The notes under the pieces were generated by a model, which did not search any database, was not told where the DNA came from, and worked only from the letters and a program-made list of their open reading frames with translations. 64,000 nt of DNA, from NCBI GenBank assembly GCA_035510735.1, contig DATKGN010000006.1:1429-65428 (forward strand). Reading direction: 5' to 3'. This document shows positions 1 through 10,361 of this stretch, one piece after another. The stretch is from Patescibacteria group bacterium. GTDB lineage: Bacteria; Patescibacteriota; Microgenomatia; UBA10105; UBA927. Every line of letters starts with the position of its first letter. Positions within the stretch are counted from its first letter, which is position 1. The position numbers and the translations under genes are program-made.

Positions 1-79
1 ATGGAGTTACGGCTGAAATCTGGGAGGATACGGAATAAAACAGCCCCATACTTTCGCATGAGGCTGTTTATACTTGCTG

Positions 80-457
80 CTATAATTTAGCTTTTGGCAT
101 TACCCGACTGATTGGTTGCTCATCAAAATATCTATCGCGCTCAATACCTAGTCCAAACTTGCCGCGGTAACTTTCAAGCTCTGATAGAGCAAACGACCCC
201 CATTCATCGTTCCAGTCTCCAAAAATGGAAACATATCCGAAAAACTCTTTAGTTTCCGGATCGTATTCGGTTGCGTACCAGGTGCCAGCTCCTGCTGGAT
301 TGAAAAACTTAGCGATTACGACCGGATCGGCTACTTCTTCCTGTCTTCCGACTTTCTCGAATCTTTTTAATAGTCCTTTTGTTAATAGTTGCATTAATTG
401 TTCACCCCCTTTCTTTTGCTGCTTCCGGAAAATTAATGTATTTGGAAGCATGCCCAT
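80..457 (-). CDS. DUF2958-family protein (typical of plasmids/conjugative elements)
   Basis: Translation contains GTWYATEYDPET..FFGYVS..EWGSFALSELESYRG..GLGIERDRYF, matching DUF2958 consensus as I recall it. Confidence 0.65.
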   Translation of the reverse strand: MGMLPNTLIFRKQQKKGGEQLMQLLTKGLLKRFEKVGRQEEVADPVVIAKFFNPAGAGTWYATEYDPETKEFFGYVSIFGDWNDEWGSFALSELESYRGKFGLGIERDRYFDEQPISRVMPKAKL

Positions 458-708
458 GCTTCCAATACTTGGAATTCTTCATGGCGGGGTGAGTTGGGCA
501 AGGGCAAGCGAAGCGAAGTTTATTGGAGGCGAAGCCGGAAACCCTTGCCAAACGAGGGGCAAGACCCCTATTGTGTGTTAATCCAATGGTATTTAGATGA
601 CAGGTTTCTTCTTCTGATACCGACAGAGTGAAGAAGTTTTAGCCATAACGTACTATAATAGTTAACAGCGCTCGGTACCAAAATAAATTCCGAGATATCG
701 AAATAATC

Positions 709-2949
709 ATGAAACTTACAGACAACGAAAAACGAGATGTAATTAAATATTTAGAGGCAGGAAAGCCACTTCCTGAAAAATATCGTTTTCTTCTTTTCGA
801 TGACGATCGTGAGGTTGAACTCGTATGGAACGGCAAAACAGACGAAGTAACAAATGTAGTATTGCCTTTTCAAACAATAGAACAGATTGACGAACCAAGG
901 AGCGACGCTAAATTTGGCATGCAGGAGACACTTTTTGATACTTCAGGCAGACAGATAACAGGATGGACTAATAAACTTATATGGGGCGATAACAAACTTA
1001 TTCTTTCCTCATTAAAGAATGGGCCTCTTAGGAAAGAAATTGAAGCGCAGGGTGGGTTAAAACTTATCTATATTGATCCTCCGTTTGATGTTGGCGCGGA
1101 CTTTTCTATGGATATTGAAATTGGTGGCGAAGAATTCATTAAAAAACCATCAGTGATCGAAGAAATTGCTTACCGCGACACTTGGGGCAAAGGTGCAGAC
1201 AGCTTTATTTCAATGATTTATGAGCGTCTTCGACTAATGTATGATTTGCTAGCAGAGAATGGAAGTATTTATATTCATTGTGACTGGAGAGTAAATTCAT
1301 ATATGCGTTTAGTTTTAGATGAAATTTTTAATTATTTTATTGCTGAAATTGCTTGGCAAAAATTAAGATCAGTCAAATCTCAAAGCTTACATTTTTCAAA
1401 TATTAAAGACAGTATATTTATATATTCAAAATCAGATAGGTATGTGTTTAACCCTCAATTTACACCAAAGGACGAAAAATTATTAGAGACTCATTACCGT
1501 CATATTGAAGCGGAGACGGGGCGTCGTTATAACCTTGCTGATTTTACACAAAATGGGAGCGGTCAACCTAGAAAGTTTGGAGAGAGAATTATTTCACCGC
1601 CACCAAATAAGCATTGGATTTGGAGTCAAGAAAAAATTGATGAGGGTATTAAAAATGGAATGATTATGTTTTCAAAAACTGGTACACCGTATGTAAAAAG
1701 GTATTTTGATACAGGTGAGGGCACCAGAGTTGGAGATATTTGGGATGACATTTTTCCAGTTAATCAAGTCGCCGCAGAAAGACTAGATTATCCAACTCAA
1801 AAGCCCGAACTACTTCTGGAAAGAATTATTAAAGCATCTTCTAATGAAGGTGATCTTGTTGCAGATTTTTTCTGTGGATCTGGAACTACACTAGCAGTAG
1901 CAGAGCGATTAGGTAGGAAATGGATTGGTGCTGATTTGGGAAAGTTTGGAATTCATACTTCAAGGAAAAGATTAATTGGTGTTCAACGGGAGCTTAAAAA
2001 AGAAGGAAAAGATTTCCGGGCGTTTGAAATATTAAATGTCGGAAGATATGAAAGGGAGAACTTTTTAGCGGTTAATGATGATTTGCGCACAGAAGAAAGA
2101 GAAAAACAAGCTGAACGAAAAGAAAAAGAATTCGTCAAACTAATACTTTCTGCATACAAAGCAGAACCTGTTGAAGGCTTTATAAATATTTCAGGTAAAA
2201 AACGAGATCGTTTGGTTGCAGTTGGCCCGATAAGTACTCCCGTCTCCTCAAAACTTATTCGGGATATTGTGAGTGAATGTAAAGATAAAAAACTCACGAA
2301 AGTTGATGTACTTGGTTTTGATTATGAGATGGGGATGGACCTACAGGAATATAAAGATCAGGGAATTGATATTGTTTTCCGAATAATACCAAGAGAAGTG
2401 TTTGATAAAAAGGCGGTTGAAAAAGATCAAGTCAAGTTTTACGACGTAGCCTACATAGTAGCAAAACCAATAATAAAAGGGAAAGCGAATAGTAAAGAAT
2501 TATCGATTGAATTAACTGACTTTTCAGTATTTTACAATCAGGACGCAACAGAAGAAACAACAGAAGCACTTCGTCCTGGTGGTGAAAAAGTTATTGTTGA
2601 AAATGGACAGGTAGTAAAAATATCAAAAGATAAAGCCTCAGAAATCGTGTCAAAGGAAATTTTGACTAAAAAGTGGAGTGATTGGATTGATTATTGGGCA
2701 GTGGATTATAATTTCGCAAGTAGAAAAGAAATTGTTGCCGAAATTGATAAAGATGGTAACACTATTGAACGCTGGACTGGCGATTACATTTTTGATAATG
2801 AATGGCAGAGCTTTAGAACCAAGAAAAACAGGAACCTTGAGTTAGTTTCAGCGCCAAAAGAAGTTACCAAAGGCACTTATAAGGTGGCTGTAAAGGTTGT
2901 AGACATATTTGGCAATGACACAACAAGAGTTATGGAGGTGACTGTTTAA
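709..2949 (+). CDS. mod: Type III restriction-modification Mod subunit, N6-adenine DNA methyltransferase (beta class)
   Basis: Motif IV DPPF (IYIDPPFD) precedes motif I FxGxG (ADFFCGSGTT), the beta-class order typical of Type III Mod; res gene follows 1 nt downstream. Confidence 0.85.
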   Translation: MKLTDNEKRDVIKYLEAGKPLPEKYRFLLFDDDREVELVWNGKTDEVTNVVLPFQTIEQIDEPRSDAKFGMQETLFDTSGRQITGWTNKLIWGDNKLILSSLKNGPLRKEIEAQGGLKLIYIDPPFDVGADFSMDIEIGGEEFIKKPSVIEEIAYRDTWGKGADSFISMIYERLRLMYDLLAENGSIYIHCDWRVNSYMRLVLDEIFNYFIAEIAWQKLRSVKSQSLHFSNIKDSIFIYSKSDRYVFNPQFTPKDEKLLETHYRHIEAETGRRYNLADFTQNGSGQPRKFGERIISPPPNKHWIWSQEKIDEGIKNGMIMFSKTGTPYVKRYFDTGEGTRVGDIWDDIFPVNQVAAERLDYPTQKPELLLERIIKASSNEGDLVADFFCGSGTTLAVAERLGRKWIGADLGKFGIHTSRKRLIGVQRELKKEGKDFRAFEILNVGRYERENFLAVNDDLRTEEREKQAERKEKEFVKLILSAYKAEPVEGFINISGKKRDRLVAVGPISTPVSSKLIRDIVSECKDKKLTKVDVLGFDYEMGMDLQEYKDQGIDIVFRIIPREVFDKKAVEKDQVKFYDVAYIVAKPIIKGKANSKELSIELTDFSVFYNQDATEETTEALRPGGEKVIVENGQVVKISKDKASEIVSKEILTKKWSDWIDYWAVDYNFASRKEIVAEIDKDGNTIERWTGDYIFDNEWQSFRTKKNRNLELVSAPKEVTKGTYKVAVKVVDIFGNDTTRVMEVTV

Positions 2950-2950
2950 T

Positions 2951-5659
2951 ATGGCACTACACAAGGATTTTCCTCAAGACCCATATGTAATACTCGACCC
3001 GAGTATTAGATGGTTTCCGGCAGAGGAAGATTTGCGTGAAAAGGGAGGGCTAGAAAAATTACTTCCCCCATTGGTCGCTGATTTGCGTATTAAGGTAAAA
3101 GGCTGGAGAGATAAACATTATGAGGGAGCAAACGATACTTCTAGAGCTCTACTTAATTGGTGGTTTAAAGAAGAACATATTATTTACGACCAACATGGAA
3201 CCGCTTCGAAATTCCAATACTATTTTGCCCAACGGGAAGCGTTGGAAACAGTTATATGGCTTTATGAAGTTGCCAAAGTAAAAGATAAATATGATCTTAT
3301 TCGCTATAACTCCACAGGCGTGTTAAGTGCCGGAATGTTTACCGAAGACTGGTTGCGTTTTGTAATTAAAATGGCAACCGGCGCTGGGAAGACAAAAGTC
3401 ATGAGTTTACTTATCGCTTGGGCATATTTTCATAAAAAGTATGAACAGGACTCTCGCCTGGCAAAAAACTTTCTTTTAATTACACCCAACGTCATCGTGT
3501 TTGAAAGAATTAAAAATGATTTCGAGGGATTAAAAATCTTTTTTTCTGATCCGGTTTTACCTGAAAACGGATATCAAGGACAAAATTGGCAAGATGATTT
3601 CCAAGTGACATTACATCTGCAGGACGAGATAAAAACTATTTCTGATACAGGGAATATATTTTTGACCAACATCCACAGAGTATTCGAAGGAAATATCAAA
3701 GATGCTAGTTTGGATGATGAGGATACCTCTTCATATTTTTTGGGTCATAAACCGGTCACAAAAACAAACGATTCAACAGTCGATTTGGGAATGATTGTCC
3801 GTGATATTGATGAACTAATTGTTATCAATGATGAAGCCCACCATATTCATGATGAGAACATGGCTTGGTATAAATCGATATTAGATATCGACAACAGGCT
3901 AAAACAAAAAGGTTCGGGACTTGCTTTGCAACTGGATATGACAGCAACGCCAAAGAAGAATGATGGCTCGATATTTGTGCAAACGATAACGGACTATCCC
4001 CTTGTTGAGGCCATTCATCAAAGAATTGTCAAAAATCCTGTTATTCCTGACGCCGCCAGTCAAGGGAAACTAAAAGAGAATCAAAGCGCACTGTTTAGTG
4101 AAAAATATCGTGATTACATTAATCTCGGAATCGAGGAATGGCGTAAAACCTATGAGACCCTGAAACCTATGGGTAAGAAGTCAATTCTTTTTATCATGAC
4201 TGATGATACTAAAAACTGTGATGAGGTTGCTGAGTACATAAAGACAAGTTTTTTTGACTTGAAAGATGCAGTTCTGACCATTCATACCAATAAAAGCGGT
4301 GAGATATCTGAAAGTGTTACCGGTAAAAATATCGATGAATTAAATTTACTCAGAAAACAGGCCAATGAAATCGATAGTTGGGAAAGTCCTTTCAAAGTGA
4401 TTGTTTCCGTCATGATGCTGAAAGAAGGCTGGGATGTAAAGAATGTCACTACAATTGTCGGTCTTCGACCTTACGCTGCCGATTCCAAAATTCTTCCGGA
4501 ACAAACACTAGGACGTGGTCTCAGAAGGATGTTTTTTGGACAAAGCGATGTCGAAGAATATGTCAGCGTAATTGGTACACCAATGTTCATGGAGTTTGTG
4601 GAGTCGATTAATAGAGAGGGTGTTATTTTGGAAAGAAGAGAAATGGGAGAAGGATCTAAGGCGATTGCCCCAACAGTCATTGAAGTTGATAAAGAAAATC
4701 CTAATAAAAACATTGAAAAATTGGATATCGAGATTCCGGTTATGACCCCAAGAATACAAAGAGAATATAAAAATCTCGCGAGTTTAGATGTTTCCTTGTT
4801 TGGTAACCCTAAAGTTAAAGTTAAAACTTTTACTGAGGAAGAAAAACGGGAAATTGTATTTAAAGACGTAGTTGATGAAAAAACACACCACACGACTGTT
4901 CTGACTGGTGACGTGGAACCTGATTACAGAAGTGTCGTTGGTTTCTTTGCTCAAGCAATAATGCGTGAATTACGTCTGTTTGGTTGTTACGATATTTTAT
5001 TTGGAAATGTTAAAGATTTTATTCAGAATTATTTGTTTGAGACTCCGGTTGATTTGGAAGATCTAAATGTTCTGAGAAATTTATCAGAAGTTGAGTACAT
5101 AAAGCTCATTAAAGATTCTTTTAAAAAGGCAATAAACAACCTAACTGTTCAAGATAGTGGCGATACAGAAATCAAGAACTACATTAAAGTTAGTGAATCA
5201 CGACCGTTTGTTGTTAATGATAAGGCATACTTATTACCCAAGAAATCCGTTTTCAATAAAATTGTTGGTGATAGTAATTTTGAACTAACTTTTGCTGATT
5301 TCATTGAGAATTGTGACGATGTAATTTCCTTCTCAAAAAACTTTCAAAATAAGGAAGCTAGTGCTTTGAGAATCGAATATAAAAACTCGGAAGGTTTTAT
5401 TGCCACTTATTATCCGGACTTTTTTGTGAAAAAGGACGATAAGACTGTTTATATAGTCGAAACAAAAGGTCGCGAGGAAGAGGACGATAAATTGAAATTC
5501 GAAAGATTGCAAAAGTGGTGTGGGGATGTAAACAACCGGCAAACCAGAGTGGAATATAAAGCTTTATACATTAAGCAGGAAGAATGGGAAAAATACAAAC
5601 CAAAAAGTTTTGATGAGACAGTGAGGTTATTTAGTAGATCAATTGATAATAATGCATGA
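2951..5659 (+). CDS. res: Type III restriction enzyme Res subunit (SF2 helicase + C-terminal PD-(D/E)xK endonuclease)
   Basis: Walker A MATGAGKTKV, DEAH box VINDEAHH, helicase motif VI-like QTLGRGLRR, C-terminal YPDFFVK..IVETKG nuclease motif; adjacent to mod. Confidence 0.85.
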   Translation: MALHKDFPQDPYVILDPSIRWFPAEEDLREKGGLEKLLPPLVADLRIKVKGWRDKHYEGANDTSRALLNWWFKEEHIIYDQHGTASKFQYYFAQREALETVIWLYEVAKVKDKYDLIRYNSTGVLSAGMFTEDWLRFVIKMATGAGKTKVMSLLIAWAYFHKKYEQDSRLAKNFLLITPNVIVFERIKNDFEGLKIFFSDPVLPENGYQGQNWQDDFQVTLHLQDEIKTISDTGNIFLTNIHRVFEGNIKDASLDDEDTSSYFLGHKPVTKTNDSTVDLGMIVRDIDELIVINDEAHHIHDENMAWYKSILDIDNRLKQKGSGLALQLDMTATPKKNDGSIFVQTITDYPLVEAIHQRIVKNPVIPDAASQGKLKENQSALFSEKYRDYINLGIEEWRKTYETLKPMGKKSILFIMTDDTKNCDEVAEYIKTSFFDLKDAVLTIHTNKSGEISESVTGKNIDELNLLRKQANEIDSWESPFKVIVSVMMLKEGWDVKNVTTIVGLRPYAADSKILPEQTLGRGLRRMFFGQSDVEEYVSVIGTPMFMEFVESINREGVILERREMGEGSKAIAPTVIEVDKENPNKNIEKLDIEIPVMTPRIQREYKNLASLDVSLFGNPKVKVKTFTEEEKREIVFKDVVDEKTHHTTVLTGDVEPDYRSVVGFFAQAIMRELRLFGCYDILFGNVKDFIQNYLFETPVDLEDLNVLRNLSEVEYIKLIKDSFKKAINNLTVQDSGDTEIKNYIKVSESRPFVVNDKAYLLPKKSVFNKIVGDSNFELTFADFIENCDDVISFSKNFQNKEASALRIEYKNSEGFIATYYPDFFVKKDDKTVYIVETKGREEEDDKLKFERLQKWCGDVNNRQTRVEYKALYIKQEEWEKYKPKSFDETVRLFSRSIDNNA

Positions 5660-5729
5660 AATTTACTCGGAAAGCTTAAGAGATCCTTTGAGAGGTTTTT
5701 AAATATTTCAAGTGAATGACTGAATTAAA

Positions 5730-6740
5730 ATGATTAAAAAAATAGACAACAAAGAACTGAGAGAAATAATTCAAAGTGGCCACCTAAACGTGCTTGTTGG
5801 TTCTGGGTGTTCTTTAAATTACCTATCAACTTTAAAGGGTATAGAAGATAAGATGAACGTCGAAGCAACCAAAGAATCCGCTCAAAAAGATTATTACAAG
5901 TTGATAAAAAAATCTAAAGCAATCTTATATGAATCACTTGAAACGAATGCTGCTGAAAAGATAAAATTAAGCGACACAAAGGAAAATTATGATTCATTTC
6001 TTACGTTCTGGGCAGACACTGTATCCAAAAGATCTCTTCATATAGTCAATAAACAGGTAAACTTTTTTACAACTAATTTTGACATGTTTATGGAAGATTC
6101 TTGCGAAAGATTAGGGGTTCCTTACAATGATGGGTTCACTGGGCAAATCAATCCGATTTTCAGCGTTGCAAATTTTAATAAAATACAGAAATATAAGAGT
6201 TTACAGTTTGATAACACTTCTGACATACCTCTATTTAATCTAATAAAGCTACATGGATCTGTCTCATGGGTTGCAAAAGGTGAGAAAATTACCTACTCAG
6301 ACAGTTCTCATATCCCAGATAATTTGGCTACCAAATCAGGATCTGATTTTAGTAAACAATACAGAAAAATTGCAGTGATTAATCCTAATGCAGAAAAACA
6401 TTTTGAAACAGTTCTTGATACAAACTATGCTTCAATGTTAAGAAAGTTTACTCTAGAACTTGAGAAGGAAAACAGTGTTTTGGTCGTTGTTGGTTTTTCT
6501 TTAGAGGATAAACATATCAAAGATCTTCTCTATGGTGTCATGAAATCAAATCCTACTTTGATAGTAGTCTATTTTTCTTACTCTCAGTATGACGAGACGC
6601 TCGACAAACTAGAAGAAAAAAAGAATTCAAATTTATATATAATTTCACCTGAAAATAATTTTTCTTTTGAAAAAAGTGTTAAATACCTCTCTGAAGTTTT
6701 TGCACCCCAAAGAGACGATATACAACATGATGAAGAATAG
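5730..6740 (+). CDS. SIR2-like (SIR2_2 family) defence protein, partner of HerA
   Basis: NVLVGSGCS, TTNFD (cf. conserved TTNYD) and KLHGSVSW motifs of the SIR2_2 family; 3' end overlaps the HerA-like gene. Confidence 0.75.
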   Translation: MIKKIDNKELREIIQSGHLNVLVGSGCSLNYLSTLKGIEDKMNVEATKESAQKDYYKLIKKSKAILYESLETNAAEKIKLSDTKENYDSFLTFWADTVSKRSLHIVNKQVNFFTTNFDMFMEDSCERLGVPYNDGFTGQINPIFSVANFNKIQKYKSLQFDNTSDIPLFNLIKLHGSVSWVAKGEKITYSDSSHIPDNLATKSGSDFSKQYRKIAVINPNAEKHFETVLDTNYASMLRKFTLELEKENSVLVVVGFSLEDKHIKDLLYGVMKSNPTLIVVYFSYSQYDETLDKLEEKKNSNLYIISPENNFSFEKSVKYLSEVFAPQRDDIQHDEE

Positions 6741-8637
6741 CTTCAATCTACAAGATACCCTAGTCAGCAACTCAATATTTGTTATTGGGAGTGTCTTCAG
6801 TGTTAAGGGAAAAGATATTGTAATCAAGGTTAACAAAGATAAAAACCTTCCTCACCTGTTTTTTAAGGGTAAAACAATTAAGAATGTGTCTGTTGGGCTA
6901 TCTAATTATGTAAAAATAACCAAGGGCTTTACTGAGATTATATGCAAGGTTGAAGGTGAATTTTTAGAGGAAGATAAATTTCAAGCAAGTAAAAAATACA
7001 TAAACGAAAAACAAAAAATAGAACGATTCCTCAATGTATCGGTTTTTGGTTTTTATGATAGTGATAATCGATTCCAACATGGCATTAAGGAAATGCCATT
7101 AATCGGTAGTGAGTGTAAATTGCTCACAAGAGATGAATTTGAAATTTTACATCAATTATCTAATGGAACTGAGTTATCAATAAATCTAGGATCACTAATC
7201 GATGAGGAAACCCAAAGCATTAACCTCTCTATAAAGAAATTATTTGCTGGACATATTGGCATATTTGGTAATACCGGATCTGGAAAATCGAATACCTTAG
7301 CAAGGATGTATACAGAGTTATTTAAGTTGCCAAATTTAAATGATAACTTTAATAAAAAATCTAAGTTTATTTTTATAGATTTTAATGGAGAATATTCTAA
7401 AGATAGTGATGATCAAATTTTAACAGCAAATAAAGTTGTCTATAAATTACGAACAAAGGATAATAATGGCTCCAAATACCCAATTTCCAAAGCAGAAATT
7501 GAAAAAATGGAACTTTTATCCATATTGCTTAATGCTACTGAAAAAACACAACAACCATTCTTACATAGAGCTATAGACAGAGACTGGTATGACAACGACA
7601 ACGATGACCATCACAAGGAAGTTCAAAGTATAAACCAAAAGTTAAAAGACATCCTTTTGATGAAAAATAAAGAGTTTAATGTTCCTTTTTTGAAGAAATA
7701 CGTAAAAGACTTTGAACAACTAGGTTTTAAAGTCGTTAATGATAACAAAAATATTGACGATTTGAAATATCATGGTAATGATAATTGTACTTTCTATACT
7801 GGTCAAGGAACTACTGCTGTTTACGCAGATACAAACGAAGGTCATTTTATAGGGGTTGATGGATATTTTAACGTATCTATCTCTACAACTGAAGGTTTGA
7901 GTGACTTGCAAAAAATACAATTCAAAATAATAGACCAATATTACTTTGAGATTTTAAATGGATATGCAAATGATGAACACATCAATCCCCTTATGGGTAG
8001 ATTGAAAAAGCGATTTGACATGTTATCTAAGGTAGTTGAAATTAAGGACTCTTCTCAAACCAACGGAGAAAATGTTGATGTAACACCTTGTAATATAGAG
8101 GTAATTGATCTTAAAAATGTCAATTTTGAACTTAAAAAAGTTGTTCCATTACTTATTTGTAAAACAAACTACGATGAACAAAAAAATAGAAGGGATACCG
8201 ATAAAGAGAATTCTCTTCATATCATAATTGATGAGGCACATAGCATTTTGTCGGAAAACTCAAACAGAGAGGCTGAATCCTGGAAGGATTATAGACTCGA
8301 AACATTCGAGGAAATTATAAAAGAAGGTAGAAAGTTTGGAGTTTTCCTTACAATTGCAAGCCAACGACCGTCTGACATATCGCCAACTATTATTTCGCAG
8401 TTACATAATTATTTTATTCACAAATTAATGAATGAAAATGATTTGAAATCGATTAATAGAGCTGTTAGTTATTTAGATAAACTTTCCTTCGATTCAATAT
8501 CAAATCTTTCTACGGGATGCTGTTTCATCGCAGGACAAATGACACAATTTCCATTGTCAGTAAAAGTAAAACTGCTTGATAAAAATATTCGACCACAAAG
8601 TGAAACAATCGACTTAGATAAATTATGGAAACAATAA
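6727..8637 (+). CDS. HerA/FtsK-like ATPase of SIR2-HerA system
   Basis: Walker A GNTGSGKSNT, Walker B IIIDEAHS, C-terminal ASQRPSD region typical of HerA (DUF87). ORF track starts at TTG 6667; ATG at 6727 gives a 14-nt overlap with the SIR2 gene. Confidence 0.75.
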   Translation: MMKNSFNLQDTLVSNSIFVIGSVFSVKGKDIVIKVNKDKNLPHLFFKGKTIKNVSVGLSNYVKITKGFTEIICKVEGEFLEEDKFQASKKYINEKQKIERFLNVSVFGFYDSDNRFQHGIKEMPLIGSECKLLTRDEFEILHQLSNGTELSINLGSLIDEETQSINLSIKKLFAGHIGIFGNTGSGKSNTLARMYTELFKLPNLNDNFNKKSKFIFIDFNGEYSKDSDDQILTANKVVYKLRTKDNNGSKYPISKAEIEKMELLSILLNATEKTQQPFLHRAIDRDWYDNDNDDHHKEVQSINQKLKDILLMKNKEFNVPFLKKYVKDFEQLGFKVVNDNKNIDDLKYHGNDNCTFYTGQGTTAVYADTNEGHFIGVDGYFNVSISTTEGLSDLQKIQFKIIDQYYFEILNGYANDEHINPLMGRLKKRFDMLSKVVEIKDSSQTNGENVDVTPCNIEVIDLKNVNFELKKVVPLLICKTNYDEQKNRRDTDKENSLHIIIDEAHSILSENSNREAESWKDYRLETFEEIIKEGRKFGVFLTIASQRPSDISPTIISQLHNYFIHKLMNENDLKSINRAVSYLDKLSFDSISNLSTGCCFIAGQMTQFPLSVKVKLLDKNIRPQSETIDLDKLWKQ

Positions 8638-8673
8638 TTTAAATAAAGAGTCCATCTTAAAAGATTTCTTTGA

Positions 8674-9453
8674 GTGTATAAAAGTAATTTAAATAATATG
8701 TCCAAATACTACAATCCCAACCGAACACGTAATTTATATAACTCCGATTCTTTGGAGACTTTCCGTATCAGCCGGAGTAAAATTGACCTTTTTATCAATT
8801 GTCCTCGTTGTTTTTATCTTGATCGTAGGTTAGGAGTCGCTCAACCACCTGGATATCCATTTTCTCTCAATACTGCTGTCGATAAGCTTCTCAAGAAGGA
8901 ATTTGACAGGCATAGAGCCAATGGGACAGCCCATCCCCTAATGAAAGTTTATGGAATTGATGCCGTGCCTTTGTCACACGAAAAAATAAATGAATGGCGG
9001 GATTCACTTAGAGCAGGGATAACTTTTAAGATTGATAGCGAAAATGTAGTCATAACCGGCGGGGTTGATGATGTCTGGGTCAAACCCGATGGTGAATTTA
9101 TCATTGTTGATTACAAAGCTACTTCCAAAGAAGAAGAAGTGACGTTAGATGCTGACTGGCAAATCGGCTATAAACGCCAAATGGAGATATACCAGTGGTT
9201 ATTCCGAAAGAATGGCTTTCGCGTCTCCACAACTGGTTATTTTGTGTATTGTAATGGCAATACTGACAAAGAAGCTTTTGACGGTAAACTGGAATTTGAT
9301 ATTAAGATTATTCCATATGTTGGTGATTATTCCTGGGTCGAGAAGACCGTCCATGAGGCTATTGAATGTTTAAAAAGTGATACTCTTCCGGAATCCGGAG
9401 ACGATTGTGATTACTGTAAATATCGAAAAGCCGTTAGCCGTTTTGAAAAATAG
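8674..9453 (+). CDS. Cas4-like PD-(D/E)xK nuclease with Cys cluster (DUF83-like), stand-alone
   Basis: N-terminal CPRCFYL, VDDVW..IVDYKAT nuclease core, YKRQMEIYQWL and C-terminal CDYCKY, the Cas4/AddB-like Fe-S nuclease pattern. GTG start at 8674; alternative ATG at 8698. No cas1/cas2 or CRISPR array nearby. Confidence 0.6.
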   Translation: MYKSNLNNMSKYYNPNRTRNLYNSDSLETFRISRSKIDLFINCPRCFYLDRRLGVAQPPGYPFSLNTAVDKLLKKEFDRHRANGTAHPLMKVYGIDAVPLSHEKINEWRDSLRAGITFKIDSENVVITGGVDDVWVKPDGEFIIVDYKATSKEEEVTLDADWQIGYKRQMEIYQWLFRKNGFRVSTTGYFVYCNGNTDKEAFDGKLEFDIKIIPYVGDYSWVEKTVHEAIECLKSDTLPESGDDCDYCKYRKAVSRFEK

Positions 9454-9456
9454 ATC

Positions 9457-9816
9457 ATGGACAAAGAACATCATGATAGTTTTGGAGATTTCTTAGGAGC
9501 ACTTTTCCAATTATTTTTACTAGGTGCGATTATATATTTTCTGTTTTTAGTCATTTGGGGAATTTTCAAGTTAGTTTTGTGGTTACTCAAACGTATTTGG
9601 CAATTAATAACGTGGGTATGGTTTCAGATTAGAAAACACGCCGTCTTACAATACAGAATAAATAGGCTAAACTTGGCCACTCATGCTTTTCTTTTGAGAC
9701 ACGGCAAGATTAATCGAATTATGTTATGTATCCGTACCTATTTCTTAATCTTTTGGACAAGTCGACCATCCGAGTTATTTAATAAACTGAGCAAATCAAT
9801 AGATACGAACGTTTAA
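9457..9816 (+). CDS. small Trp-rich membrane protein, hypothetical
   Basis: ATG 3 nt after preceding stop; strongly hydrophobic N-terminal segment (LGALFQLFLLGAIIYFLFLVIWGIFKLVLWLL). Confidence 0.45.
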   Translation: MDKEHHDSFGDFLGALFQLFLLGAIIYFLFLVIWGIFKLVLWLLKRIWQLITWVWFQIRKHAVLQYRINRLNLATHAFLLRHGKINRIMLCIRTYFLIFWTSRPSELFNKLSKSIDTNV

Positions 9817-9844
9817 AAAATATTGACCGTATTAATTAATATTT

Positions 9845-10357
9845 ATGGCAATAATTAGTAATAAATACTCACTGAAAAAAGCTTGTTTAAGAAATTCAAA
9901 AAACTTACTTAAGGAATCAACAAGATTACTTAACCGAAAAAAGTATGCGTGGGCTACCTTTCTAGCTATAACCTCCTTCGAAGAAAGTCAAAAGTTAGGT
10001 CTTTTACACATGCTTGAGGCTAATTACTTATCTGAATCTAAATTTAATAAATTTTGGCGAAGTCATGAGTATAAAATAAGGTCAAAAGATGCACGTATAA
10101 GATTTAATTTCGATACCAGCGAAAAAATAAAACCTACGTTAGTTTTAGGATCAAAACAAGAAGCTCATGAGGTTATGAATATGCGAGAAAGTTGTTTATA
10201 CGTCGATTTTGCCGAAAAGTCGATATCTGAGCCTCTCAAAATCAACATAGCGATTGCTATACAATATATCAATGAAGCAACCAGAGAGCTAGAGTCCGCT
10301 AACTTTTTAGAGTTGTTACAAAAAAGGTTACATAGAGTACTTAAAGTTAAAAAATAA
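9845..10357 (+). CDS. AbiV-like abortive-infection family protein (tentative)
   Basis: N-terminal helix pattern C..N...LL.E...LL......A.FLA..S.EE..K, as I recall for the AbiV family; size 170 aa fits. Confidence 0.4.
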   Translation: MAIISNKYSLKKACLRNSKNLLKESTRLLNRKKYAWATFLAITSFEESQKLGLLHMLEANYLSESKFNKFWRSHEYKIRSKDARIRFNFDTSEKIKPTLVLGSKQEAHEVMNMRESCLYVDFAEKSISEPLKINIAIAIQYINEATRELESANFLELLQKRLHRVLKVKK

Positions 10358-10361
10358 AACT

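Noticed and set aside
225-581. 118-aa + strand ORF
   Set aside because: Antisense to the DUF2958 gene; Ser/Cys/Pro-rich low-complexity translation
4471-4893. 140-aa and 83-aa minus-strand ORFs, 77-aa plus ORF inside res
   Set aside because: Embedded in the well-supported res coding frame; no motifs
5668-5705. Possible terminator after res (imperfect stem CTCGGAAAG/CTTTGAGAG + GTTTTT)
   Set aside because: Two mismatches in a 9-bp stem; too weak to call
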